A DNA stretch of 64,000 nucleotides from Octopus bimaculoides (GCF_001194135.2 NC_068997.1:9760933-9824932); one strand, 5' to 3'. Shown: positions 1 through 13,373, counted from the first letter of the stretch. Numbers and translations: made by a program. The notes: generated by a model not told the origin, from the sequence alone.

Positions 1-283
1 AATGATAATAAAATATATGTATATATATATTATTTTGTTTAAAAGAGTTCCAACACTGTCTGTTTTTTATGTTTTATTTATATTCCTGCAAAACCAATGT
101 GGGATATAGAATATGGAATATACTATATATAATATAATATACAATATATGATATAAAATAAAAATGGATGGTACTATGAAATAAAGTATTGAATGTCTTA
201 TTGAATATATGGAATATGTCTTATTGAATAGATGAAATATTGAGTGTTCAATATAAAGGATTAAATATATAAAGGCGAATATG

Positions 284-361
284 TATTTTCTATACCTTGT
301 GGTATTTCATATTTTCTATACCTTGTGGTATTTCATATTTTCTATACCTTATGGTATTTCA
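284..361. repeat. 26-bp tandem repeat x3
   Basis: tattttctataccttgtggtatttca is repeated three times. Confidence 0.9.
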
Positions 362-397
362 TCATGGCCGGTATGACAGACTTATATATATATGCGC

Positions 398-1400
398 ATA
401 CACACACACACACACACACACATGCATATAATGATGAGAGCATCTTGCAACTGCATCACATGGAAGGTATTGACAAGCTGATTCTTCATCAAGATGTGCA
501 GAGCCTTTTTCTCTCTGATTTCGTTGGTTACACTCTTTGCTTATAACAAGCAATGGTTGCTGCCAGTGTTGAATGGTGCTATCAGCAAGATGTCCTGCAG
601 TATGTGTTGTTTGTTGACCAGTGTGTGGTCAATTTCATTCTTGCACTGAGTGTTTGGTGCTGTCCACATTCCTCTCCTTTCAGATTGCTCTCTGAATAGG
701 CTGTTTCTTATGTAAAGTCTTCTTGCTTCTGTCATGGAAACCAATCATTGTTTTTTTCCAGTTTTGTTTCCCAACTCAGACTTTCCAACATATTTCTTTT
801 CCTGCAATCCTTTTCCTTTATGGTGTAAGTGGACTTGTTAGTTGGTGCTTTCTCTAAATCTTGGCAGAGTTCTTGTGTTTCATCATCTTTGCTAGAATTT
901 GTCTGAGTATAATTCTGGATGATCTTCAGAGAGGCATTTCATTAGAGATGAACATTTAGCACTCTGATGTGTAGAGAACATGGTTAGCAGAAAACAATAT
1001 TTTCAGCCTGTTCTTTGCTTACGATGAGCCCTCTACTTCCTGTTGCTCTCACACCTTCTACTTTTCCCACTCACATGACACTTCCGTCCGTCTTTCACTG
1101 AGCCTTAGCACATCGCATTATATTTCCCTTTTGTTCTCCATTAGCCAGGCCATTCCAGTTCTCCCTGCCAAAGCCCTGCAGTTGTAGGTACATATGCAAG
1201 GGTCATTAACCAATTCCTTAGTGGCCTATGGGCACCTGAGATCCTTAGCAGCCTCTGATCACTTGGATTTCACTCAGCCACCATGGAACAGCCTGATTGA
1301 CCTATTTCCTCACTTTGTTGTAGCTTTCAAATGAAGCCACCCTGCCGGCTAGGTGGGAAGACCATGATTACTTCTTCAGTTTAGTCACCTTCCAACCACT
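398..1400 (-). mobile_element. RTE-clade LINE 5' fragment, degenerate APE endonuclease domain
   Basis: Minus-strand pieces CICTYNCRAL, CDVLRLSERR, LKIIQNYTQTNSSKDDETQELCQDLEKA and WTAPNTQCKNEIDHTLVN…FNTGSNHCL match APE motifs (TYNART, IQVYAPT, KNEIDYI, GSDH). The frame is broken by frameshifts and stops. Confidence 0.85.
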
Positions 1401-4400
1401 AGTGAATAGACAACATGCTTTTATGTGCAGTTAGAGATACAGACATTAATTGAGGTATCATCCGATAACTTTAAGCAGAGAATTGTATTTTTCTATTTTT
1501 ACAAGGAAAAGGTTGACAGTGACTTCAAAGTCTTGACTTAGTTGCTTTTCTCAGACTATTTGATGAAGGCAACAAGACCAAGATTTTGAAGTCACTGTAA
1601 AAGTCGTGTGTGTGTGTGTGTGTGTGTGTGCATGTATTTATATTTTCAAGTAATATTATGTTTTTCTGCTCAAGGCACAAGGCCTGAAATTTTGGGGTAC
1701 TTAATTTATCAACCCCGAAAGGATGAAAGGCAAAGTCTACCTTGGTGGAATTTGAACTCAGAACGTAAAGACAGACAAAATACCGCTAAGCATTTTGCCT
1801 GGCATGCTAACGTTTCTGCCAGCTCGTCACCTTCAAAGTAATATTATGAACAAAGTGAAGCACGTGCAATATATAGAGAGAATATTTATTTTAATATATT
1901 AGTTTAAACTGACTTTTCCATTATTTTAAATTCCATTCCAAGAAAGGCAATTCCTAGAAGATCTCTTCATAAAGAAGTATTTCACATGTTATGGCTAAAT
2001 TACTGGTGTTTAGTGACAGGGTTAAAAGTAAGCTATATTGGAAATAGAATTTGTGTTATATCAAATAAGAAAATATCTTGCACAAGCAGGAACTATGTAT
2101 ATTATAAAATAAAATAAGATAAGGAGTAAGGGTGAATGTTATCATAAATATAATATTGCATCGGGATAGCGAATATTGAATAGTACAATAATAATAATCC
2201 TGTGATGCAAAGTAGTTAATACAACATCTCGAATGAGCACATTGTAAATATCTGATTTACTATAAAAACCTTCTGATGTTGCAATGTCAGAATAAGTGAG
2301 TCAGTTGGGTACAATTACTCTGTTATAATTTACTAAAGCTAATTTTTGTGGCAGTATCTGCAGAAATTTTCCAATCTTTTATTTAAATAGTTTGTAGAAT
2401 AAGTTGAATTGGTAATGATAAATGATATATTTTCCATGCTGCAGTGCCAAGCAACATCTAGAACCATTTGTATGTGTTTACTACAATACAGTTACTAATT
2501 TAATGTCGAAAGTATTGGTACCTCTATCTTGGGTTGGATTGGGTTGTCCCTGTTCAGTCCACTGTAAAATGAATGCCTCAGCATGTTCTTTTCACTAACC
2601 ACAGTCTGATATGTAGGCTGTGGATTTGAGCTTGAGAGTGTACCAGTTTGACAAACCTACTTTGCAATACTGGCTTGGCATGGATAGGCAGAAGGAGCAA
2701 TTTTTATATTCATACTCAGGAGTAGTTAAGTCAATTACATCGACCCCAGTGCTCAACTGGTGCTTATTTTAATGACCCTGAAAGGATGAAAAGCAAAGTC
2801 GACCTTGGCAGAATTTGAACTCAGAACATCAGGATAGCTGAAATACTGCTAAGCATTTTTCCCTGGTCTGCTAATGATTCTGCCAGCTTGCTGTCTTACC
2901 ATTATCTTGCAACTCTCATATAAAACTGGAGAGAGCAGAGAAAGGGTTGAGAAAACTGTTTAGTACAGGTTTAGATATTGTGGCTTTCTACAGTATATCT
3001 GCATTAAGTATGATATATGGAATATTATTTTGAACTAATATGGCTTCTGTTGCTAATAATGAATTTTTAGTTAGCCTGCCAACTATTTGCAGTACCAGTG
3101 ATTTATCAATCACTGTATTTTTTATATCAATAGAAGCTAAACGTTCAATAAGAGAATGGTAGCGGAGGTGGCTATTAAGTGGTAAAAAGAAAGAAAATAA
3201 GCCATCTAACCCATGCCAGCATGGAAAGCAGACGTTAAACGAGGCTGCTGCTGCTGATGCTGATGATGATATATATATTAATATATGTGTGTATATTTGT
3301 GTATATGTATGTGTATATGTTTTTGTGTCTGTCCCCACCCTCTTCTTGATAACTAGTGTTGGTTTACTTAAATGCTTGTAACTTAGTGGTTTGGCAAAAG
3401 TGACCAACAGAATGAATACTGGGGTTGATTTGTTTGACTAAAACCCTTTAAGGAAATGCCCCAGAAATCACCACTGTCCAGTGACTGAATCAAGCAAAGA
3501 AAACAAACAAAAAAAAAACAGCAACAAACAAAAAAACAACAATATCCCTATTTATTCCTGTATATCACTATCCATTCCCTAAATATTCCTTTATATTCTT
3601 GTGTGTCTTTATTCTTCATGCACTGAAATTAGAAACCCGAGTTTCACTTTACATTTTGCTACCTTTGAGGTTTGATCTATTCTTGGGTATAGCAAGGACA
3701 CAGATTCTAAAAATGTCATCAGTTTTGCCCTGTCAGCTCTAATTTAATTAATGATCTGCTATTTTGATAGAAAAACAACAGCAATATTGATGCTATTAAT
3801 ATATATTACATGCTATTAAACCAACCACATAGGAGCCATTATTTCTAAACAAAAGAGTATAATGTCTTTATTCACTTAAGTCAACGGTGCACGTACAATT
3901 ATTTTTGCAAGTTCATGTTATTTAAATTTTTATCTTTCAACAATGGCAGCTGTTGTCAGTGCTGTTGTTATCTGCAAGCGCTACAACACATATTGTTTCT
4001 TTGATTTTTCGGCTTTTCCTCTGTGGGTCTTTGTCTATAATGGAAATTTTCATTCCACAGCAATATAAGTTTTCCTTGCTTTCATCATGTGTTTCTCCAT
4101 TCCTGACTTTGATGTTTCTCCTTTTATTAAGGATTTCTGAAGTTTCTCCTCTTCTATTATTTAGGGGCTTGTCATGTATCTCCTTTAAAAGACCTTTGTG
4201 GGAGATGATAGATACTGTTAGGCACAGATGTGACTGTGTGGTCAAGATGCCTGTTTCCAAACCATGTGGGCTCAGGTTCAATCCTATTGTGGACATGTAC
4301 CTTGGACATGTATCTTCTCCCATAGCCCATGGCTACTAAAGCTTTGTGAGGAGATTCAGTAGATGGAAACTGAAAGAAGCCTGTTGTATATAGATATTCT

Positions 4401-4595
4401 TTTATTGTTTCAGTCACTTGATTGTGGGCATGCTGAAGCACTGCCTTTCGTCAAACTAATCAACCCCAGGACTTAATCTTTGGAAGCCTAGTGCTCATTC
4501 TATCAGTCTCTTCTGCCAAACAGCTAAGTTACGGATGCGTAAACACACCAACATTGGTTGTCAGGCAGTGGTGGGGGACAAACACAGACACACAA

Positions 4596-4634
<39 letters not shown>

Positions 4635-5074
4635 CATGATGGGCTTCTTTCAGTTTCCGTCTACCAAATCCACTCACAAGGCTTTGGTCAGCCCGAGGCT
4701 GTAGTAGAAGACACTTGCCCAAGGTACCACACAGCCACAAAGCCACTCCTGCACCCATATAAATGTATGTATATTTGTGTTTGTCGCCCATCTCTACTTG
4801 ACAAATGGCGTTGGTTTGTTTACATCCCAGTAACTTAGTGGTTCAGCAAAAAAAGATGGAAAGAATAAGAACCAGCCTTAAATAAAAATAAGCACAGATG
4901 GGTGGGGGTGGGGGCGATTCATTCAAGTAAAACCCTTCAAGGCAATGCTCCAGCATGGTCACATTGCACTGACTGAAACAAGTGAAAGATAAAATAGAAG
5001 TGCCATCCAATGGCAGCTGGAGGCAAATTATCTGCTTTTCTTACAATCCATCTCAGGAAGGTTGACATCAAGAG

Positions 5075-5427
5075 TTCAACCATTTTGATACCAATTCCCA
5101 AGAGACTTCCCTCTGTGCTTTGATATGAACTTCCTGTTTAAAAGCAATATAAATTAAAATTTCCCATCCAAATTTCATGTTGATTTATACTTCAAACATC
5201 AGCTTAATTATGGCAATGTTACTTTACTAAATTCTTCTCTATTTTCAAAATATTTTGAAAATAAAAAAGAATTTAGTAAAATAACTTAGCTATCATTAAG
5301 CTGGTGTTAGGAACATAAATTGTGACTAAGGTTTGGTGGAAGATTTTAATTTAGAACTTTTGAGAACATGACCTTTGTACTACAGAACCAGAGGTGGTTT
5401 CAGCTGGATTGGTACCAAAAGGGTTAA
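5075..5427. mobile_element. piggyBac-type (TTAA-CCC…GGG-TTAA) MITE
   Basis: The left end is ttcaaccattttgatacc and the right end is ggtaccaaaagggttaa. The two internal halves are related and inverted. Confidence 0.6.
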
Positions 5428-5506
5428 ATATTGTATGACTATATCAGCCTGTTTGTTTTGTAACTCACCTAAGATGCTCTTAATTCTTTAATCCAAATTT
5501 CTTGCT

Positions 5507-5735
5507 TTAACCCTTTTGATACCAACCTGGCTGAAACCAGCTCTGGCTCTGAGTACAAATGTCTTGTTTTCATAAGTTTTGAATTAAAATCTTCCACCAA
5601 ACCTTAGTCACAATTTATGTTCCTAACTGTAGCTTAATGATAACTAAGTTATTTTACTAAATTCTTTGTTATATTTAAAATTAATTGAAAGAAACACAGA
5701 GCATCTGAAAATAAATACAGCAACGAAAAGGTTAA
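5507..5735. mobile_element. piggyBac-type MITE, related copy
   Basis: It reads ttaa-cccttttgatacc … gaaaagg-ttaa. Its first ~155 nt are the reverse complement of 5268-5423. Confidence 0.65.
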
Positions 5736-7463
5736 AGTTAAGTAAATTAAGTAAATTCCAGTTTGATTTATGTTCCAAACACCAGCTTAATATTGACAGA
5801 GTATTTTACTAAATTCTTCATCATTTTCAAAATTAATTGAAAAGAAGGCAGTGAATTTCAGCAAAAAATATGGTAATAAATGTGTTAATCTCAAATAGTA
5901 AGTTTCTAGCATAAACGGAATACTTGTGTATAGCTAATCCTGTCTCTCCTACAAGTGTGTCTATAACCATAGCAGATTGCTGCTTTGTCAGTAAGACTAA
6001 CGAAGACTTTCCAGACACAGACTCATGGTCTTTCAAGACTAATGGATGCTGCCATATATTTAACCCTTTCAGAGATTGCTATCAAATGCCATGATCCTTA
6101 GAAGGTTATGCATTTTATTTTATTTTACTTGTTTCAGTCATTAGACTGTGGCCATGCTGGGGCACCACCTTGAAGGGTTTATAGTTGAATGTATCAACCC
6201 CAGTACTTATCATTTTAAGCCTGGTACTTCTTCTATCTGTTTCTTTTTGCAAACAGTGATGCAAACAAACCAACACCAGTTGTCAGGCAATGAGGTGGAG
6301 GGAACGAACACGGACTCAAAGACACACACGTAGATATATATATATATCATCATCATTATCATCATCATTTAACATCTGTTTTCCATGCTGGCATGGGTTG
6401 GACGGTTTGACTGGCAGTGTTCCTACAGCTAGATGCCCTTCCTGATGCCAACCACTCTGAGAGTGCAGTGGGTGCTTTTTATGTGCCACCAGCACAGGAG
6501 CCAGTCAGGTGGCACTGGCAGCGACCCACACATGAATGGTGCTTATCACATGCCACCAGCACTGCTAACAGCCGCAACTACAATTTCCATTTGATTGTGA
6601 TTTTGATTTGATTTTGATTTCCTTGATTCAATGGGTCTCCTCAAGCATGGCATGTTGCCTGATGATTCAAAGGTACTTTTTAAATGGGCTGATTATGTGA
6701 CACTGGTGTAGGCTGCAGCTGTGATCTCATTTTCCTTGTCAGGTCTTCTCAATCACAGCAGATCTCCAGAGGCCTCAATCTTTCGTCATTGCCTCTGTGA
6801 GTCCCAACATTCAAAGGTCATGCTTCACCACCTCATATGCATATTTATATATATAACAGGCTTCTTTCAGTTTCCATCTAGCAAATCCACTCACAAGGTT
6901 TTTGTCAGCCTGAAACTTCAGTAGACGTCACTTGCCAAAGGTGCCATGTAGTGGGACTGAACTCCGAACCATGTGGCTGGGAAGCAAGCTTGTTATCACA
7001 CAGCCACACCTGCATCCCAAAATCCTAGTTCAGAAAGTTTGTTTGTATGTCATAAATTCAATTTTTCCAGTAAATTTCTTAGTATCGTAACTGATTTGCA
7101 ATTGATGTGCTTTACAACACATATCCAAAATATCTTTGTTATTTCTCTGCATTGAGTTTACACGGTCTGTTTTATCAGCTGAATTCCACTTTTATTCTAG
7201 TGTCTCATTATAAATGATAAAAAAAAAGGAAACAGAAAAGAAAAATACAGCATTATGTTAGAAACTGGAGCATTTGCATTAATACATATGAAATATGAAT
7301 AATTAGAAATATTAGATTTAATTAGCTGACATGAAATCTTACCATCAGCTGAGTAGCTGCAGACTAATAACCATATATGCAACTTAATTACTTAATTTTC
7401 AGACAGTCTCTGCTTGTAGATGCTCAGGTGATGTGTGTTTATTTTTTTGTACTGGGTTGACAT

Positions 7464-7845
7464 TGCATGGCACTCCGTCGCTTACGGCGACGAGGGTTCC
7501 AGTTGATCCGATCAACAGAACAGCCTACTCATGAAATTAACGTGTAAGTGGCTGAGCACTCTACAGACACGTGTACCCTTAACGTAGTTCTTGGGGAAAT
7601 TTAGTGTGACACAGAGTGTGACAAGGCTGGCCCTTAGAAATAAAAGTACAATAGGAAGAAGGAGTGAGAGAAAGCTGTGGCAAAAGAGTACAGCAGAGTT
7701 TGCTCTTCCCCCACCCTACCGGAGCCTTGTGGAACTTTAGGTGTTTTTGCTCAATAAACACTCACAATGCCTAGTCTAGGAATCGAAACTGCGATCCTAC
7801 GACTGCGAGTCCGCTGCTCTAATCATTGGACCATTGCGCCTGCAC
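7464..7845 (-). mobile_element. Full-length tRNA-derived SINE (family D)
   Basis: It has a tRNA-like head on the minus strand (A box, B-box-like ggtttcgattcc) and a 13-bp TSD actgggttgacat (7451-7463, 7846-7858). It is homologous to 45183-45657. Confidence 0.85.
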
Positions 7846-8803
7846 ACTGGGTTGACATCAAGTCACTGGTGATGTTAGTGTTTTATTCTGACATAATTTA
7901 TCAACAGATGGCGCTAGTTGCAAAACAAGGAGTTGTAGCACTTTACCCACCTTTGACTTTTTATTTGTTTCAGTCATTGGACTGTGACCATGCTGGAGCA
8001 TCATTTTCAAGGGTTTAATTGGAGAAATTGACCCCAATACTATTTTTTTTAAAGCCAGGCTCTTATTCTATTGGTCTCATTTGCCAATCCAATAAGTTAT
8101 GGGAACATAAACAAACCAACACTGGTTGACAAGTATTGGTGAACACACACACACACCCTATATATATATAGTGGTTAATAATGATTACAATAATAATAGT
8201 AATAATGATAATGAGAATATGAGCAATAGTAAGAAACATAATAAAGTATACATAAAGAGATATAATATACCTAAGAATAACAATTTAATACCGATGATGT
8301 CTACTAATAATGATAATATAAAAAATATAAAAAATAAAAAAGATATTATATGGTTAATTATTTCGTGCGGGGATCAAGTTATGCATAATTTATAAATTTT
8401 AATTCTTAATATTACAAAGTATAATTTTTATTCTTAATTTTTTATTGTTAATTTCTAATTTGTAATTTTTAATCTTTAACACTTAATTGTGTTGCTTATT
8501 TTTAAAGGGATGTAAAATTAGATATATATTATTTTGAAATAGAACCTGAAGAGATGTTGGAATAATTGTAAATCTGATGATTGCATATATGCATTTATGT
8601 ATATATATATATAGGTATACAGTTGTGTATATGTATAATAATTGTAATCTTTCAATACTGAAAAACATGTAGTTCCTTCATATTTAATAAATATAAGTAT
8701 TAACTAAAGTATGATGTAATTAATGAAGTATATTATATAACTTGCTGGTAATTTTGGTTATATCCTTTAAATGTTGAATATATATGTATATATTATTTCA
8801 CAG

Positions 8804-8932
8804 TGGAACACCAAAGTGAAGAGCTGTTCTCCAGCAAAGCTAGAGATTGTAGAAAATGGTAAGAAGAAGAAAATATCAGGATATGAAGTAATCTTAGCAG
8901 ACACCATATTGTTTCCTGAAGGTGGCAGACAG
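8804..8932 (+). CDS. AARSD1: Internal coding exon of alanyl-tRNA editing protein Aarsd1 (AlaXp), N-terminal region: WNTKVKSCSPAKLEIVENGKKKKISGYEVILADTILFPEGGRQ
   Basis: The acceptor is tattatttcacag| (AG 8802-8803) and the donor is CAG|gtaaag; the exon is 129 nt, phase 0-0. From memory, the translation aligns with human AARSD1 FTTTVVSCCPAELQTEGSNGKKEVLSGFQVVLEDTVLFPEGGGQ. The penultimate residue is R (AGA) instead of G. Confidence 0.93.
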
Positions 8933-9139
8933 GTAAAGATCAATACATACTTTCTCTTTTGTTTGTTTCATAGAATTGTTTATTTGTTCGAAACGAAGGC
9001 TTAAGGGCTCCAGCTGGTCTTGTCAGTAAGATGACGAATAAATAATTGAAGAGTTAATTGACTGCTCATATCATGTTACAATCATAATAATCAACCACTG
9101 GGTGTTTCTGTCTCACGACCAAGGATGCATATGACCAGT

Positions 9140-9352
9140 TACTTGGTTTCCATCGAATATAAGTGCCTGAGTGCATAACATGACCCCTGAATGGGATGCT
9201 AGTCTCTTGTAGGGTCACTCATTCCAAGCTTATTGGACTGGAACAGTGTGAAGTGAGGTGTCTTGCTCAAGAATACAATGCACCACCCACTCTGGGAATT
9301 GAAACCATGATCATGTGATTGTGAGAGCAACACCCCAAGCATTAGGTTACAT
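9140..9352 (-). mobile_element. tRNA-derived CORE-like SINE (family E)
   Basis: The minus strand has a tRNA-like head, then cttgagcaagacacctcacttcacactgttccagtcca…aatgagt…gactagcatcccattcagggg. Homologues occur at 44720-45150 (-) and as a head at 14338-14420 (+). Confidence 0.6.
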
Positions 9353-11790
9353 GCCTTTGTTTACTGGAACAACAACTGAACTCGGCGTGGCCCAATGCTT
9401 TACCAACTCCTTTCAAACCAACCAACCCATACCAGCATGGAAAGTGGATGTGAAATGATGATGATGATAATACAGACAAGTTCACTGCACCTTGTAGATT
9501 CAGAGCATAAAGAGCTGGCAAAAATACTACATGGTATTTCATCTAACACTGACACACTTAATCAGTCTTGGGCAAACTACAGCCTGCAAGACTTTCTAAT
9601 TGGTGCATGTAACGAAAAATTATCTTGAATTTTTTTAATAGTATGGCCCATTTGATGTTGAACTATGTCTCAATAGGCCCACTTCTTGAAAAAGGTTGCC
9701 CATACCTGCTCTAATTTCTATCTGTTTACCACCTTCTAATGTGGCCTTTCTTTATTTAAAATGGTGTGGTATAATTAAAGGGGGATTTGGCTGCTATTCC
9801 TAGCAGTTTTAATGACCACATAGAAGTTCCATTATTGGCTCAATTCCCTCTTTGACTCACGAAAAATCTTAGCTATATTTTGTCTTATGGATTAAACTTT
9901 ATAAATACTATAAATGCCACTATAGCTGGTCTTGCAGTTAATCCTATTCAATATAATGGGTTTTTTTAAAAATCAGTGTTGGACAAAAATCTTTGCAACT
10001 GAACTCTTTTTCTGTAAGATTTTTTTCTTCTTGCATTTGTATTTACTTAAACTTCATTCGGTACCTTTCACAGTTTTTGGTAACCTTTCTGGTTTTCTAT
10101 TCACATCTCTTCTGACATATTTTCCTGTTGTTAGTTGTTTCCTGCTTTCTTCATGTGAATTCACACCACTTCTTTGATCTTGTTCAGATAACCTTTCGTT
10201 TTTTTTCTTTTTCGTTTTCTTTTTCTTATTCGTATTTTATTTTAGTGATAAAACCACCAGGAAATAGAAAATACATTTGCGAAATCAGAATAATTTTCCT
10301 GTATCAAATTTAGTTGTAAAAGACAATACAAAACAAACAAAATAATAATAACAGTAACAACAACAACAACAACAACAGTAGTAGTAGTGGTAGTGGTAGT
10401 TGTAAAAGTCATGATAATATAACAGAATGGCGGATAGAACATTGGAATTGCTTGAAAGAAAACAGAAATGATCTTATTCTTCTGCTGTGTTCCACTTAAT
10501 TAACAAACAACTAATCAATTGATGTGTATATAAAGCTCACTGGAGTATATACTCTCCAGCAGCAACAGCAGCAACAACAATAAAAAAAAAAGATAATATA
10601 TATTTAAGGGAGGAGAAAAAAAACCAAAAAAAAAAAAGGTATTTTTCTTCTTAACAATGACACCCAAGAAAATAAACTAGGAGAAAACTCAGTGTGTATA
10701 TGTTTGCTTTTTAAACTCTTTAAATAGCTCCATAACTATCCCTAAATATCTTTGAACCAANNNNNNNNNNNNNNNNNNNNNNNNNNNNNNNNNNNNNNNN
10801 NNNNNNNNNNNNNNNNNNNNNNNNNNNNNNNNNNNNNNNNNNNNNNNNNNNNNNNNNNNNNNNNNNNNNNNNNNNNNNNNNNNNNNNNNNNNNNNNNNNN
10901 NNNNNNNNNNNNNNNNNNNNNNNNNNNNNNNNNNNNNNNNNNNNNNNNNNNNNNNNNNNNNNNNNNNNNNNNNNNNNNNNNNNAAAGTAAATAATGAATA
11001 AAAACAAACACTTAACATCATTGATTGATTTCAAATGTAAATATATTTTAAATTCAACTTTGCATATGCTTCTTTTAAGATAGTTAAAGCTGGTGGCGCT
11101 TCTTGGTGGTGGTGGTGGTGGGGAAACAACACCAGCACTCCTCTGCCCCACCCATTCCCCCTTTCACTTCCTCATATTTGTTTTCTTCATGTTTTTTTTG
11201 TGTCTTTGTTGTTTTATTTATTATTTTTTTTTTGTGCGTGGTTGCATTTTTCTTTTTCTTTTTAACGTTTTTTGTTTCATCTTCTTCCTGAGCTCAAAAA
11301 TAAAACTGCCCTGACAACAACAACAACAACAACAACAATAACAACAGCAACAATGACAACATCAACAATGGTACCATTTACACTAACACAGATATCACCA
11401 CCACCACCACCAACAAAAACAACAAAAACAGCAAGAACTGCCAAGCAATAAATCACTTGACATTGTTCTCAGCTGATTTGAAGTGATCAGCTTAGCTAAG
11501 ATAATTTTACAAATGGTCACCTGCAAACAGAAGACACATGTAACTAATAAACATCTCTATAAATAGAGTTTGTAACATAGGTGTGTAGGGACCGACGTCC
11601 CCACAGCCATGCACACATGCACACACATGCATACATACATTTCTGGAATAAATAAATAAATGAGTGGAAATTGAACTGGTGAGTGTGTTATATAAAGGCA
11701 CTGTGACTCTCCCCTGACGCAACAAAATTTGTTTCAACACATAAATTCACATAAAGAATCTTGCAAACCAAATACAAAAACAAAATTACT

Positions 11791-11831
<41 letters not shown>

Positions 11832-12264
11832 NNNNNNNNNNNNNNNNNNNNNNNNNNNNNNNNNNNNNNNNNNNNNNNNNNNNNNNNNNNNNNNNNNNNN
11901 NNNNNNNNNNNNNNNNNNNNNNNNNNNNNNNNNNNNNNNNNNNNNNNNNNNNNNNNNNNNNNNNNNNNNNNNNNNNNNNNNNNNNNNNNNNNNNNNNNNN
12001 NNNNNNNNNNNNNNNNNNNNNNNNNNNNNNNNNNNNNNNNNNNNNNNNNNNNNNNNNNNNNNNNNNNNNNNNNNNNNNNNNNNNNNNNNNNNNNNNNNNN
12101 NNNNNNNNNNNNNNNNNNNNNNNNNNNNNNNNNNNNNNNNNNNNNNNNNNNNNNNNNNNNNNTATATATATATATATATATATATGAATTACTTTACATT
12201 TTACCTTTCCTCATCTGAAGAGATCTTTCTGTCATTTCTTTTTAAATCTTGATAAATTAATATG

Positions 12265-12463
12265 TGACTGGCCCTCGTGCCGGTGGCACGTAAAAGCACC
12301 CACTACACTCTCGGAGTGGTTGGCATTAGGAAGGGCATCCAGCTGTAGAAACTCTGCCAGATCAGATTGGAGCCTGGTGCAGCCACCTGGTTTGCCAGTC
12401 CTCAGTCAAATTGTCCAACCCATGCTAGCATGGAAAGCGGACGTTAGACGATGATGATGATGA
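12265..12463 (+). mobile_element. Family-A element (RTE 3' terminal module, 5'-truncated LINE or SINE tail), young copy
   Basis: It reads cacgtaaaagcacccactacactctcggagtggttggcattaggaagggcatccagctgtagaaac…ccaacccatgctagcatggaaagcggacgtta-(gat)n. About 20 copies occur in the window. On +: 3199, 9370, 13270, 17905, 18305, 23975, 26920, 32170, 36340, 37900, 39025, 39322, 60200. On -: 6345, 14118, 18820, 22800, 27005, 50330. Confidence 0.88.
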
Positions 12464-12479
12464 TATATATATATACCAG

Positions 12480-13373
12480 AACTAGAGAAGTTTCAGGTAT
12501 GGAAGCAAAGTCTAGAATCGAAGGGCCTTAGAGTTAACCTAGAAAAAACCCAAAGTTTTAGTAAGTAGGAAGGCAGACAAATCACAAATACCTTCAGGTA
12601 GATGGTCCTGCTCAATCTGTAGAAAAGGCATAGGCAGAAACTCCATTAGATGTACCCAGTGTAAGCTATGGACACATAAGAGGTGTAGCAATATCAGAGC
12701 AAAGTTAACAGGGTAAATAACTTGTGTGTGGAAGATGCACAGGTACAATAAACACCGAAAATGTACAGAAAACAAACTTCATCAAGTGCCAGTGGAGTAA
12801 GTTAGAGGTAGTATATAGCTTCCGTTATCTAGGTGATCAAGTTAGTAGTGGAGGTGGATGCTCTGAGAGTGTAGCTGTGAGAATAAGAATAGGCTGGGCA
12901 AAGTTCAGGGAGCTCCTACTTCTGCTGGCAACAACGGGCCTCTTCATCAGAGTGAAAGGCAGATTGTATGATGTCTGTTTGTGAACAGCTATGCTACATG
13001 GCAGTGAAATATGATTGGCTGTGACAGCTGAGGACATGTAGGCTTAAAAGAAATGAAACCAGTATGCTTCAGTGCATGAATAGCAGAGTGTAAGCATCTT
13101 GAGAGAGCAGTTGGGCATAAGATGCATCACATGTGGTGTGCAAGAGAGACAACTGCACTGGTATGGTCATGTGATGCATATGGACAGCTGTGTAAAGAAG
13201 TGGTGATCTCTAACTGGAGAGAACCTGTGGTAGGGGTAGACCCAGGAAGACATGAGGTGGCGAAGCATGATCTTTGTATTTTGGATCAGATTGGACCTGG
13301 TGCAGCCATCTGGTTTGCCAGTCAAATCATCCAACCCATGCTAGCATGGAAAGCAGACGTTAAACGATGATGA

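Noticed and set aside
1200-1400. Possible HDV-like ribozyme in the RTE 5'UTR (also considered 14540-14600)
   Set aside because: Such ribozymes are known in RTE elements, but I could not build a convincing nested double pseudoknot by eye. It needs an RNArobo or Infernal search.
2435-2480. MLQCQATSRTI followed by gtatgt, as a candidate AARSD1 exon 1
   Set aside because: Only CQ matches, and the donor would be phase 1 whereas the next exon needs phase 0.
9103-9135. Weak complement to the 3' end of the AARSD1 exon, a possible editing-complementary sequence
   Set aside because: It has only a 6-nt perfect core plus scattered matches, which cannot be told from chance without folding and conservation analysis.
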